In this document: positions 1 through 11,400 of the stretch, in pieces
Layout of the letters: each line of letters opens with the position of its first letter
Position numbering within the stretch: the first letter of the stretch is position 1
Assembly: GCA_008369845.1 (NCBI GenBank)
Contig: MRSU01002382.1
Location: 1 to 52,272, forward strand
Reading direction: 5' to 3'
Length of the DNA stretch: 52,272 nt
From: Trichomonas gallinae
Taxonomy: Eukaryota
Program-made: the position numbers and the translations under genes
The notes under the pieces: generated by a model
Told to the model about the DNA's origin: nothing
The model's input: only the letters and a program-made list of their open reading frames with translations
Database searches by the model: none

Positions 1-278
1 AAAAAAAAAAAAAAGATTCATGATTGGAGATCAATCTTGGTTCATTTGTTTAGTTTTATCCTTTCATCGAATTGAAAATTTTTCTTGCAAAATCGAATAA
101 TTTTTAAGATACAATTGATATACATCGAATAATGTTTCGAATAAATATATCGTTGGGAAAAAATGAGCAAAGGTGTGGAAAAAGGATAATGGTTGCTTTT
201 GAAGTTTAATCAAGCCAAAAACTTTATATGGGATCAATACACATTATATATCTATAGAAAATAGAATGAATCTATATT

Positions 279-336
279 TGTCAAGTAAATTGTTTACATG
301 ACAAGAGATAAAAAGTGACGAGATTTTAGAGTCACA
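279..336 (+). promoter_or_regulatory. Core promoter of IBD gene: inverted TGTCA(A/T)GTAAA pair, AAAGTGAC motif and initiator-like GTCACA
   Basis: TGTCAAGTAAA (279-289) and TTTACATGACA (293-303) form an inverted pair. AAAGTGAC is at 312-319 and TCA lies just before the ATG at 337. Confidence 0.5.
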
Positions 337-945
337 ATGTTGGGAGAGCTCGTTTCAGGCGATAATTCATGGGCAGAGCTCTCCCAAACAGACCAAATAG
401 AGTTTTTTGCATTGAAAAAATACTTCAATACGTATAAAAAACCATATGGCAAGGATGTTCGATCTCAAGTATTCCGCCGTGAACTGTTTATTCTTCTTTC
501 ATACATTGATAAAGACTTATCAAAGCGTGCAAGTAAATGTAAGATTATCGGCATCTCATTTCTCGGCCCTTTTATCTGCACAAATACAAGTTTATTAGCA
601 AATTTCATTGGACGATCAAAATCCTCTATCAACGCTGGATTACAACAACTAGGACTATTCGCTGTCAAAGATAAAAACATTTGCAGGCAAGTTTTGGGAA
701 TCACAATGCCACAACTCACAGGAAACACATTTATGAAGCAATGGAGTGTTAGAGCTGTATCAGAAAATTCGCCCTTCTGTTATTTGACGCGCTTCACGTC
801 GCCATTAACTCCTTCCCTTAATAAAGACGTCCTTGATAAACCTGCAGCTGCAGAAGAACCCCAATTACAAGGAGAACCGATATATGTACAAGAAGATGAA
901 TTTATTGAATTCGATTTTTCATTATTAGATAATCCTTTTGATTAG
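337..945 (+). CDS. Initiator-binding domain (IBD, IBP39-family) protein
   Basis: 202-aa ORF. The segment CKIIGISFLGPFICTNTSLLANFIGRSKSSINAGLQQLG...KQWSVR matches the trichomonad IBD signature (C..GI.......NT..L..L.G..KSSING.LQ.LG...RQW+VR). Acidic C-terminal tail. Confidence 0.85.
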   Translation: MLGELVSGDNSWAELSQTDQIEFFALKKYFNTYKKPYGKDVRSQVFRRELFILLSYIDKDLSKRASKCKIIGISFLGPFICTNTSLLANFIGRSKSSINAGLQQLGLFAVKDKNICRQVLGITMPQLTGNTFMKQWSVRAVSENSPFCYLTRFTSPLTPSLNKDVLDKPAAAEEPQLQGEPIYVQEDEFIEFDFSLLDNPFD

Positions 946-1334
946 AATGCTCATTTCACCTGTTTGTAAATAAATATTATTATACCTTAGATGTTTTGAA
1001 ATTTCACAAAGATTTATTATGTGGAAAAAATTAAATCATGTTTAAGAATCAATCTGCTATGAAGGATGCAATATATTGGTGTTTGCATTAAGACTATAAG
1101 GTGCATTTAGTGAATTAACGTAGATTATTTATGTGAATTCCCCTCAAAATTTTATTAGTAGGGGAAAATCGACTTTAAAAAAAGCATAGAATAATACATA
1201 GTATACTATATATTTTGTGGAATTTTGAGGGTTAGAATGAATTTCAAGCTTTGAAATATGTGTAAGTAGTTATTTTCCGCCATGTTATGCAAGTTTTAAG
1301 CAATAAAATTGAGTTTGCGACACCAATTTTTTTA

Positions 1335-4300
1335 ATGTTGTGTTTACTCAATGTTTTTCTAGTTCACTGGGATGCGAAATCGATCAGACTGCCACTAATT
1401 CCGCCAAATAAACAACCCTACGCATGCGAATTGCGGTTTGAAGACCCAAATATCGAAATTTCGATTCCGAATTCAACTTTAGCTTCGATTTATGATATAA
1501 CTAGGACAGATTCATATGTGATTGCTCATATAAATATCACTGCATATTCAGATGTTCCGGATTATACAAATATTTCGCTTAAAAATTCGACAGGAAGTGA
1601 AAAAATCTTTAAAATCAAATTCTCATCGATAAATCACGTTTCTACCAAGTTGTCATCGCCATATTTGTATCTAAATCAGTCCATCGAGTTCCTTCAAATA
1701 AATGTAAGTGATTATCTCAAAAAACAATTTGCTTATATACCATTTGAGTGGATAAATATTACGTCTGACAACAATGCTTTATCACTCACGCAAAGAATTT
1801 ACCCTAACATTACTCTACCTATAAATTCGTATTTTCTTACAGCAAATTCAATAGGAAAGATATATTTTAATGTCAAAATTCTTGATATATCATCGAAAAG
1901 CATCAAAACTAACATATATCAATCGATGTTTTTACCGCAAACGGAGATTTTTATCTCGGAATTAGTTCCATCTTCAATAAGCATCTGCAGCACTAATCTT
2001 TCCACAATGAAATGCATGACAAAAGTTGATCCATCGTATTTTAACATAACAAACTCGAATAACTCCGTAATCGAATATTCTTTGAAAAATAAAGAAATCA
2101 AAATCAAGCCACTGAACATAGGCCGCGCAACAATAAAGATCTTCTTCTCTAGTTTATCGCACAACTTCCTAGCAGCTGATATCATTGTTACAAAACCAGA
2201 TATAGTTGTTTCTAAAGAGCAGTATATAATTATTGGAAATAATCCGAATTTCGAGCTTTTCGATGTTTATGATATCGACAGAAATAAAATTGAGCATCCA
2301 TACAATCAAATTATAATCGGGAATTTTACAAATACTGTAGAAGGAACTCAAATAATTGAATCTTCAATTTTTGGTGTTAATTTCACTTTTACTGTTCATT
2401 TCGTGAAGAAGGCTGTGATTAAGCCTGATTCTGCGCGTCTCCCTGTAAAACAATCAGGATTTAAATTTGAAATTAATTATGGAAGTGGAAATTTCAGTTA
2501 CAGCTCAGATAATGTTAATATAGCCTCAATAAATGAAGATGGATATATTACTGCTAATCAAATCGGTGAAACAAATATTAATGTTTTTGATTTGAATACA
2601 AACAGCGAATCATCAGCATTAGTTATCGTTGAAGATATTCTAAGTGCGAGATTCAACATGACAAGGTTCGAAATGAATGTTGGAGAGCAAATTAACATTT
2701 CTTTCTTCGCTTTAGCTATGTCTGGCCAAGTTTTCACGCATTTCGTTCCTGACGCTATTATTTCTCTCAATGAATCCGTGATAAATAGAACATTTTGCTG
2801 TGTTAATCCTGGATTTGTTCGAATTCAGATGTCTTGCGGAGATTCCAACTCCACAGAGCTATATTCAGTTATTGAACCACTAAAAACAGTTGAAAAAATC
2901 ACAGGATTCTGTGATAATGTTTTTGATCTTCAAATTTCAGGCGGGCCGCAGCATTGGGAAGACGCTGAGCCTCCAAACTATTATATTTTCTGCGGAAGTG
3001 ATGAAGGAATTCGAATTTATGACTCAAAAATCAATTTTTCAGATACATATCGTGGAAATTGCACTTTAAAGGTATATAACGATGCCACAGAGAATAATCC
3101 CGTACCTTTAGTCCATGAAAGTGTGTTTGAGGTTGACGTAGTCAGGATTGCAAAAGTTGCAATCGTAATCACAGACGAAACAGCTCCAATTCATACATCA
3201 GACTGTGGAGTTGTTCGTCCATTGGCATATAGTGAGCCACAAGAATTTCTTAGATATTGGAGGGTTTCAATTCCTTATTTCAAGATTCCAACTTTTAGAT
3301 TGTTCTTCTTCGACGAAAATGAAACAGTTGTTGACATAGATAATACAACATCAATACATGGCGTCCTTTCAAGCGGCAAAAAGATCCAAACACCTCTTTT
3401 GTCTCCATTAAACGAAGTCGCAAACTTCAAATACAAAAAAGGCAACTTATCTACTTCTATAACACTCAAACCACTGTTCAATCTTTCTATATCAGAAGAG
3501 CTTGTCCTGATGAAGAACATGCCAGTGCCAGAAGCAGTGATAACAGGAGGCAGCGGTAAATACAACATAACTAAATTGTCGAAGAATTCAATAAGAGTCG
3601 ATGATATTTGTGTACCTGAATTTTCATCACTGATTGATGTCATCTTCAGCAAACCATATAGAATAGAAGTTAATGGTCCAAAGAGATGTGCAGTTGGTTA
3701 TTCGATCGATTTGTATGTTAGCATCTTCGACGACAAAGGAAGAAAGTTCCACGACTCGGTTTTGAACTTCGCGAACATAACAATTGCAAATCAGTCAGTA
3801 ATAAACGGAACATTCAAGTTCTCACCAACCAAGCCTGGTGTTTACAAGCTGGAGGCGAGAATTGGAGAGATTACAAGGATACATGAAGTCATGGTCTTCG
3901 AAAAACTAACAATGAGTTCTTCGTCAGAAATTGTCACATTTCCGGGGAGATTCGTTTCGATTTCATTCTCGAACGGACCAGTTGACCTTGTTAAATACAA
4001 GTCCATGGACAGTGATATAATAACTGACGACTTATTTGCTGTTCTGCCGGGAAAAACAACAGTGAGAGCATATATAGATGGCGCCGAAAATTTCAGCTTC
4101 ATTGATATATCGATTATTGTCACAAACGTCACCGATGTCATCATCAAGTCTTCATCTGACCTTTTCGTTACAGGATCAATGAGTGTTTTCTCCGCTTTCG
4201 CAGTTACAGAAAAGGGCGATATTCCAGTATATGACGTGAAATGGAAAGCTGACTTCCCAATAAGAGTCAACGGAGGAAAAGCTTACGCGAAGTTCATTAA

Positions 4301-5189
4301 AGAAGGCTCATTTACGATTAATGTCCGCTTCTATGGATTTGTTCACTCATTTTCTTTAGAAGTTGAAGAAAAAATTGTTGCTGAAACAAAGATTTCTCTG
4401 CCAATAGGAACAAGTCATTATATAGAGTCAAATGGTTTTTGCATTCCTGATATTTTTGAAGCCAACGAAATTGGCGTTTTTAACGCTGAATGCAGGAAAG
4501 GAAAACAGTCGCAAAATGTTTCGATAATTGTATCGAAGCCGGCCGAAGCTTTCATTGAGCAAGATGGTGATTTACTATATGCTAAACTCATAGACAGTCA
4601 AGGTGAATATTATAGTTCATTTAATGGAACTACGACAAAGATAAACGCGACATTTGATGAAGTCGATGGAGGTTTTAGAGTTTATAACCAAACAGTTGTC
4701 GATGTCGAAATTTCAAACAATTATTTCTCTTTCAACGCAATTGTTCAGATTCATGATTCTTATATTCATCTGCCTGAGTATCTGCTTCTTGGAGAAAGCG
4801 GACAACTGACTTGCACTGATTTGGTCGACTGGAAATCATCATCGAAGAGTTTGTCTGTTTCCATGACGGGAAAATTTGTTGCTAAAAAAGCTGGCTCTGC
4901 AACAGTGCAGTGTTCACAACATAACAAAGCAAACACAACAGTCACTAAACTACTTGGCGCCGAAGTTTACCCGAATGATGACGAATACATAGAAGTGAGG
5001 CCAATTTTCTCGCACGGCAGGAGAAATAAAATGGACCGTTTGTTTGATTTCATTGACTGCTCATGTGGAACAGAGAATTGCATGAGAATCAATGACAGAT
5101 ACATCTGCCCTATCTCCGACAATCTCAATGTTTCAATGTCTAAGAATGTCGGGAATAATAGAAAATATCTTCCAATCTTATGGAAGTAA
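1335..5189 (+). CDS. Nup210/gp210-like protein with multiple Ig-like (BIG2-type) repeats
   Basis: Long beta-rich ORF with many N-x-S/T sequons and repeated gp210-like motifs (YGSGNFSYSSDNVNIASINEDG, ISGGPQHW, ITGGSGKY, WKSSSKSLSVSMTGKFVAKKAGSATV). Start placed at ATG 1335, which gives a short hydrophobic signal-like N-terminus (MLCLLNVFLVHW); the ORF is open from 1287. Confidence 0.6.
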   Translation: MLCLLNVFLVHWDAKSIRLPLIPPNKQPYACELRFEDPNIEISIPNSTLASIYDITRTDSYVIAHINITAYSDVPDYTNISLKNSTGSEKIFKIKFSSINHVSTKLSSPYLYLNQSIEFLQINVSDYLKKQFAYIPFEWINITSDNNALSLTQRIYPNITLPINSYFLTANSIGKIYFNVKILDISSKSIKTNIYQSMFLPQTEIFISELVPSSISICSTNLSTMKCMTKVDPSYFNITNSNNSVIEYSLKNKEIKIKPLNIGRATIKIFFSSLSHNFLAADIIVTKPDIVVSKEQYIIIGNNPNFELFDVYDIDRNKIEHPYNQIIIGNFTNTVEGTQIIESSIFGVNFTFTVHFVKKAVIKPDSARLPVKQSGFKFEINYGSGNFSYSSDNVNIASINEDGYITANQIGETNINVFDLNTNSESSALVIVEDILSARFNMTRFEMNVGEQINISFFALAMSGQVFTHFVPDAIISLNESVINRTFCCVNPGFVRIQMSCGDSNSTELYSVIEPLKTVEKITGFCDNVFDLQISGGPQHWEDAEPPNYYIFCGSDEGIRIYDSKINFSDTYRGNCTLKVYNDATENNPVPLVHESVFEVDVVRIAKVAIVITDETAPIHTSDCGVVRPLAYSEPQEFLRYWRVSIPYFKIPTFRLFFFDENETVVDIDNTTSIHGVLSSGKKIQTPLLSPLNEVANFKYKKGNLSTSITLKPLFNLSISEELVLMKNMPVPEAVITGGSGKYNITKLSKNSIRVDDICVPEFSSLIDVIFSKPYRIEVNGPKRCAVGYSIDLYVSIFDDKGRKFHDSVLNFANITIANQSVINGTFKFSPTKPGVYKLEARIGEITRIHEVMVFEKLTMSSSSEIVTFPGRFVSISFSNGPVDLVKYKSMDSDIITDDLFAVLPGKTTVRAYIDGAENFSFIDISIIVTNVTDVIIKSSSDLFVTGSMSVFSAFAVTEKGDIPVYDVKWKADFPIRVNGGKAYAKFIKEGSFTINVRFYGFVHSFSLEVEEKIVAETKISLPIGTSHYIESNGFCIPDIFEANEIGVFNAECRKGKQSQNVSIIVSKPAEAFIEQDGDLLYAKLIDSQGEYYSSFNGTTTKINATFDEVDGGFRVYNQTVVDVEISNNYFSFNAIVQIHDSYIHLPEYLLLGESGQLTCTDLVDWKSSSKSLSVSMTGKFVAKKAGSATVQCSQHNKANTTVTKLLGAEVYPNDDEYIEVRPIFSHGRRNKMDRLFDFIDCSCGTENCMRINDRYICPISDNLNVSMSKNVGNNRKYLPILWK

Positions 5190-5450
5190 ATGTTTTTGTT
5201 TTGTATAAATATTATAAATTTTGTTATACTACTTTAAAATCACCATGAAATTTTCAACTATATTGAAACAGATCCTGGAGTCATTATATAATTGCGACAG
5301 ACTCAAAACATAAGACTACAAAACTCATTAAATTTTTTTTTTTTTGTTTCAGTGATTAGATGGTTGTCATTATATATTCGTAGTATTTCTTTAATCATAA
5401 AACGTATTTATTACAACATATTATATAACAAAATAAAAATAAATTATAAA

Positions 5451-8400
5451 TTACTGCTTCTTTGCTGGTTTCTTCTTGTGTTCTTTCTTTGGCTCTCCTA
5501 GAACTGGCAAATCAACATCGAAGCCGCGGATGTGGCTTGGTTTGAACTTCAAATCGTATTTGACATTAGTTGGTGAAGCGAGTTTTGGCTTTGATTCTGG
5601 CCCTGTTGGCCTCTCAACGGTGAACATTGGGTTGTCGAGCTCTGAGTATTTAGTCGTCGGGAAATCAACAGTCGACAAAACAGAAGACTTCTTCATGTGG
5701 TTGACGAAGAAGATTTCGCTGAGTGAAGAAGCATCTGTCCTCGGAGTCTCAAGTGGAGGAGCTTTCACTTTGTGTGTAACTTCTGGTTCAGCATCTGAGC
5801 TAGATATAGAAACTGCTGTCGAACTTGTGTTTGTGGCAGTGTGTCGACTTCTTTCGTCAAGAGAAACGAGCTGAGGAATGTCATCTCCTTTGACTGGACT
5901 CTCTTCAACAGAATAATCTGATTTTTCTTCATGCTTCTCTGATGATGTCTTTGTTTGGAGTTTCTCTGATGAAGTCTTTGTCTGTTGTTTCTCTGAAGTA
6001 GAATGTTGTTCTTCCTCTTCTTCTGGTTCTTCTTCTTCCTCCTCCTCTTCCTCTTCTTCACCTTCTTCTTCGCCGCTGTATGAAGAAGGCTCATGTGAGT
6101 GATTTGAAACTGCTTTGTACTCTTCAGGAACTTTAGACTCAGTGTTTGTTTCTGTCGTCACTGTTGTCTTTGTCACTTCTTCTTTCTCACTTTCTGTCTT
6201 TGTTTCTTCAGTCTTTGATTCTTCTTTAGTATTTGTTGTCCCTGTCTTTTCATCCTCTTCTTCCTCCTCCTCTTCCTCTTCTTCATTTTCTTCTTCTTCA
6301 TATTGCGTTCCTGTTGCATTCGTTGTTTCTTCAGTCTTTGTTCCTTCATGTGTAGTTTCTTCTGTCTTTGTATTCTCTTGAGTTGTTTCATGAGTTGTCT
6401 CTTGAGTTGTTTCTGGTGCTGCGACTTCAGTTTTAGTTGTGTGTTCTTGAGTATTTGTTGATTCTGTTTTCTCTTCTTCCTCTTCGTCGACTTCTTCTTC
6501 CTCCTCTTCTTCTTCAACGTCTTCCTCTTCGTAGTTTTCAGTTTCAGTCTTCTTTGTTTCTGTCGTCACTGTTGTTGTTTGTTTCTCGTTTTCTTCCTTT
6601 TCGCTTTCATCATGTGTCGTGTCTTCTGTCGTCTGAACTTCTTCTTTGATCTCAGAGTCGTCGAGTGTTGGCGCTTTAATCCAGTTGACATCAGAATCAG
6701 TGGCAACAGACACAAACTGGAAGACCTCTTCTCCAGGTTCAACATTCGAAGCAGTTATGAATTCAGCGTCAGAACTTGCGTTGACAATAATCATGTCATT
6801 CTCGTTATCTTCCTGAGTGTTTGTTGCTGATGCTGTTGTTTCTTCTTCATCGAATGTTTCTGGAGGCTTAGGAATTCCTCTGCTGACTCTGCTCGAGCTT
6901 GTAATACTGTGCAGTGAATGCTGAGACGAGTCATCCTTTATCGAGTATTTGGCTGATGAATCTTGAGAAGGAGTGATATCGATTTTTCGCGACTTCGTCT
7001 TCTTCTGTTTGTCTGTCTTTCTCTCTTCCGTGTAATAATAATCATCGTCGTAGTAGTAATCATCTGTATATCTGCGATGTCTGTATCCTCTCCTTGGCGG
7101 TGGTCTGCACTTTGGAGGTCTGTAGTCATCTGAATAATCATCATAGTAATCATCGTAGTACGGATCATAGTAATCGTCGTAGTAATAATCGTCATAATTT
7201 CTCCTCCTTCTTCTGCCCTTATCATCATATGTTTGGTCTGCTGTGTAGTAGTCATAGGTCTCTCGTGTTGGTATCCTGCGTCTGTCATCTCTTCTGTTTC
7301 TTCGTTTGTCTCTTGTTCTAGTTTCGTATTCATATGTGTCGTGTCTTGTTCTTCGTCTGTCATCGTCGTCGTAATCATATGAATCGTATTTCCTCCTTCT
7401 TGATGTTCTGCGCTTGTCTGCTGATCTGTGGTTTCTCTTTGACTTTTCTTTATCACCCGTTGTGTATTCATATGTTTCTGTTGCCTTAGAATCTGTTCCT
7501 TTCATTTCAGCTATTTTCTCAATTTGCGCTAAAATTTCCGGAGACTTTAACTCGACTTTGATGCTCTTGCTTTCTCCTTTTGGTTGGTTATTTTCTTGGT
7601 TCTCGGCCTTCGGAGGTTCTTGATTTTCTTTTTCTGCCTTTGGAGGTTCTTCAATTTTGACTTCATCTTTATTTTCAATTTTGACATCATCTGGTTTCTC
7701 ACTTTTACTGCTCTTTTCTGTCGTTGCACTAGATTTTCTCTGTCTCAGTGTTCTTAACGGCTTCTTGGGGCTTTCTTTAGGTTTCTCTCTGAATATTGGG
7801 ATTAATTCTCCATCGCTTGACTCTGTTAACAAATCTTCTGGGATGTGAATCATTCCTGAGGGTGTGATTCTCTTCACCTTTTTATCCCTCGCTCTCTGGA
7901 ACGGGAACATTTTGACAGGCGTTGATCCATCGATGCCTGATCTGGGGAGAGGAACAGGCTGATCTACATTGCCGATTGTCAGTTCTGTGTCGCTTTCGTC
8001 GACTTTCCTTGTTTTGACTGGCTCCGTGTATTTTTCAATTGCCCTATCTATCTTGGAATCGTCTGAGTCAGTGTCGTAAATTGTTGTCAGTGTTACGTGT
8101 TGCTGTGTCTTCATGATTCTTCCGTAGATGCCTCCGATAGAAGGAAGCTTCAAGTTTGGATCCTGAGCAATCTTAGCCTGCTCTTCAACACTGGAAACTG
8201 ATCTACCGTCAACGCTGCCGAATCCAAACTTGTGCTCAGTCTGCGATGGAACTGGTCTCACCAACAAACCAGAAACAATCGGTGTGTCTATCTCGAGGTC
8301 TTCGTCTCTCTCCATCTCGCTTGCCGCGACAGATGCTGCGAGCTCTGCCTCATCTTCGCTGTCGAACTCTTTCGGAGATAATGGTTCTGGCTCTGGCTGA

Positions 8401-11400
8401 CGCATGTAGAAAGGACTTCGCGGAGGAGACTTGAGCAGTTTCCTCGATGCTTTCTTCGATTGTCTGATTTCTTCTCTTAGTTCTCTTTCCGATGAATTCT
8501 CGTCTTCTGAGTAATATTCTTCCTCCTCTTCTTCTGTTTCTTCTTCCTGTTCTTGCTTTGTTTCCTGTGGTGGTTGAATAATTGTCGGAGATTTTGTTTC
8601 AGTTCTTTCGACAACAGCTGGTGTAGATCTGGTGGAAATTGCGCTTGATGCATCGTTAATCATGAGAGCGTCAATCTTCTGAGGCTTTATTGGCCTCTTC
8701 TCATTCTCGGCTTCAGATGATGATTCATCGCTGATTTCAATTCCTCCTCTGCTAGAATTGTCTCCGAATGAACTTTTCTGCGAAACAGCGAAAGCATTTG
8801 TTGGATCCACACTTTTAACACTTATCGTGTCATTGTTAACCTCCCCAGAGTCAATGACAACTTTAACATCGGGCTTGTCTTCTCTAGCTGGAGCAGAAAT
8901 AACAACTTTTTGTGTTTGATCCGAAGCAATAACCTTTTGTGTTTGCTCTGAAGCAACAACTTGTGGGGTTTGATCATTTGAAACGACTTTCTGCGTCTGT
9001 TCTGATGCAACAACTTTCTGTGTTTGATCTGAGGCAATAACCTTTTGTGTCTCATCTGAAGCAACAACTTGTGGAGTTTGATCATTTGTAACAACTTTTT
9101 GTGTTTGTTCTGGTTCTGCTTCTGGCTGTTGAATGACATGTTCTTCTTCCTCCTCTTCTTCTTGTGGAGGTTGATCGATTGGCGGAGCTGGAATTGGCAC
9201 GAAGTTTGTCTTCTTCCTGATTTTGTGCTCTTGGATGATGAAAACGAGCCAGTCGGGGGTTTCGAATTTTGTGTCTGGTTCTATTGAAGGTGGAATGTCA
9301 ACAGCGGCGAAATGTTTGCACTGCTCGTCGGCGAAAGTGTTGTATGCTGGTTCGACTTTTGTCTGGTGAAGACTGGACTCGTAATTCTGCGTCGGGAGGA
9401 AATCGAAGCACGAATAGGGATCACGAATAGGCAGAGGCCTCCTGTTTGACGGGAAGTTTGCCAAATACTGCCTGAAGTATTTCATGTCGCCTCCGTATTG
9501 GCTGTAGTACTCAGCCCTGACGTAAGAATCACTCGGGACCAGTTTCTTGGAGACAGCTGTCCTAAATTCGATTATCTTCTGCGCATCTTTGTCAGGGAGA
9601 CGGAAAAGGTCATAAACTGGAGGCTCGACTGCGAAAATCGAGTCTCGCCTCAAGAATGATGTCTTGTACAATTCGTAAAGTGAGTTCCTGTCTTCTATTC
9701 CTGATTTGTCGCAATTTATTTCGCCCAAAACAGGAAGTTTTATTTCTCGCAGTTCTTTTGCCTTCAGCGGCTGTCCGCAGAGGGAAAGCGAGACAAGTGT
9801 TGGAATTCTCTCGATTTTAAGCAGAATGTCGGCCATGAGCTGAGTTTTTTCGTCCGCATTAATTGCGAGACCCCAAAGTTGAGTTCCGAGGATTCCGAGG
9901 AAGAATTCATCAATAACCTTCTGCGCTTTAGTTGTAAAGCAGCGAGAAATGTCGAGATACTTGAGATTTGGAGATTTTATGAAAACTTGAATCATTCCAG
10001 GAATAATTTGTGGAACAATTGGATTTCCAGCCCAGCTTAATTCGTACATCTTAGAAGTGAATGGTGTTTTGTTTTTCTCGAAAAATGTCATCCAATCTTT
10101 GAGAGTTATGTCTGTATCAGAAATGTCAAGGACGAAATTGATTGGATGCTGGCTTAGTTTATCTATTACTTGTTGCAAAGATTTGTAGCTAAAAGAAGAT
10201 CCTGAAAAATCAAATCTTTTGATTGTTGGGCAAAATACTGGATCTTGGATATCAGTTAACACGCAATTTGAAAGAGATAAGTGTGTAAGATATTTAAATG
10301 GCAATGTTGAGACTTCTTGAGTAAATAAAATTTTTGGATTCCATAATTCGATTGAATACTGGGAAAGGAACTGTAAAGTTGATGCCGCATTGAATAATGT
10401 CATATAAGCAGCATTCTTTTCCTTTGGATCTGTTTCAATATGGCGAATAATCAAAATTTCGAGCGCTCTAAAGCAATGATACGTAGAAATGATTTTTGCG
10501 AGTTCTTTCGCACACTTCAAGTTGAGTCTGCATCCATCGATCTCTAATCTCTGGAAATTGTTGCGATAAAATCTGAATTCCATTAAAAATTGAATTAAAC
10601 GCACAGGATTTGAAAAACAACGAACAATACTGAGTGAATTAACAACTGCTGACTTAATTTTTCCAAATCTTCCAATTTCGAAAAATATATCTTCGTAATC
10701 GAGTAATTGAATAGTTTTGATTGAGCGCGATATCTTCATGATCTGTTTAAGCATCAAAGCAACATTTTGCGGTGCAAATTTTTGGCAACAAATTGTATTA
10801 ACTGTTCCTTCGTGAGCAATTGTGTAAGAAAGCACTTCTGTGGAAACAGGCTGGTCTGAGTAGTTGTCTATGAAGAATGTCGTCCTATTAGTGCTCTCGT
10901 ATATGTCAAACGCGCGTAAATGCGAAGTTTGTTTGTGAATCTCTAAAGCAAGGCACGAATTTTTGTATCTTGACATAGTCAAGCGATCGCGACGTTGTAC
11001 TTGTAGTATTTGCGGCTTTTTAGGGAATTCTAACAAAGCGATTTCGTGTGGTGCAGAACTTCCGTAACAAAATAGAGCTGCAGACTCAACAAGGCCTTCA
11101 ACGACAACCATCAAGTCTTTTCCTTTGAATTGTATTGGTTTTTTCTTGTGAAACGTGAATTCAATTGTTTCATCATCGATATATTCGATTTGTTCAACGT
11201 GCAAAATGAAAATAAGTTGCTTAAGTTTGATACTTAGGTTTAATATGCCCGTTCGAAAAAAGTAGAGGCCTCTTCTCGTTGCTGCGAGGATACACGATTT
11301 ATCTTTGCCCTTAGAAGAGAGAGTCGTGCATTGCGCAGCTGCAAGAATGGTCTTTTCGTATTCAGGGATGAGTTTCCGTATCTTGTCTGGATGCACTTTC

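Noticed and set aside
1..14. Poly-A run at the window start as a retro-element tail
   Set aside because: Truncated by the window edge, and A-tracts are common in these spacers.
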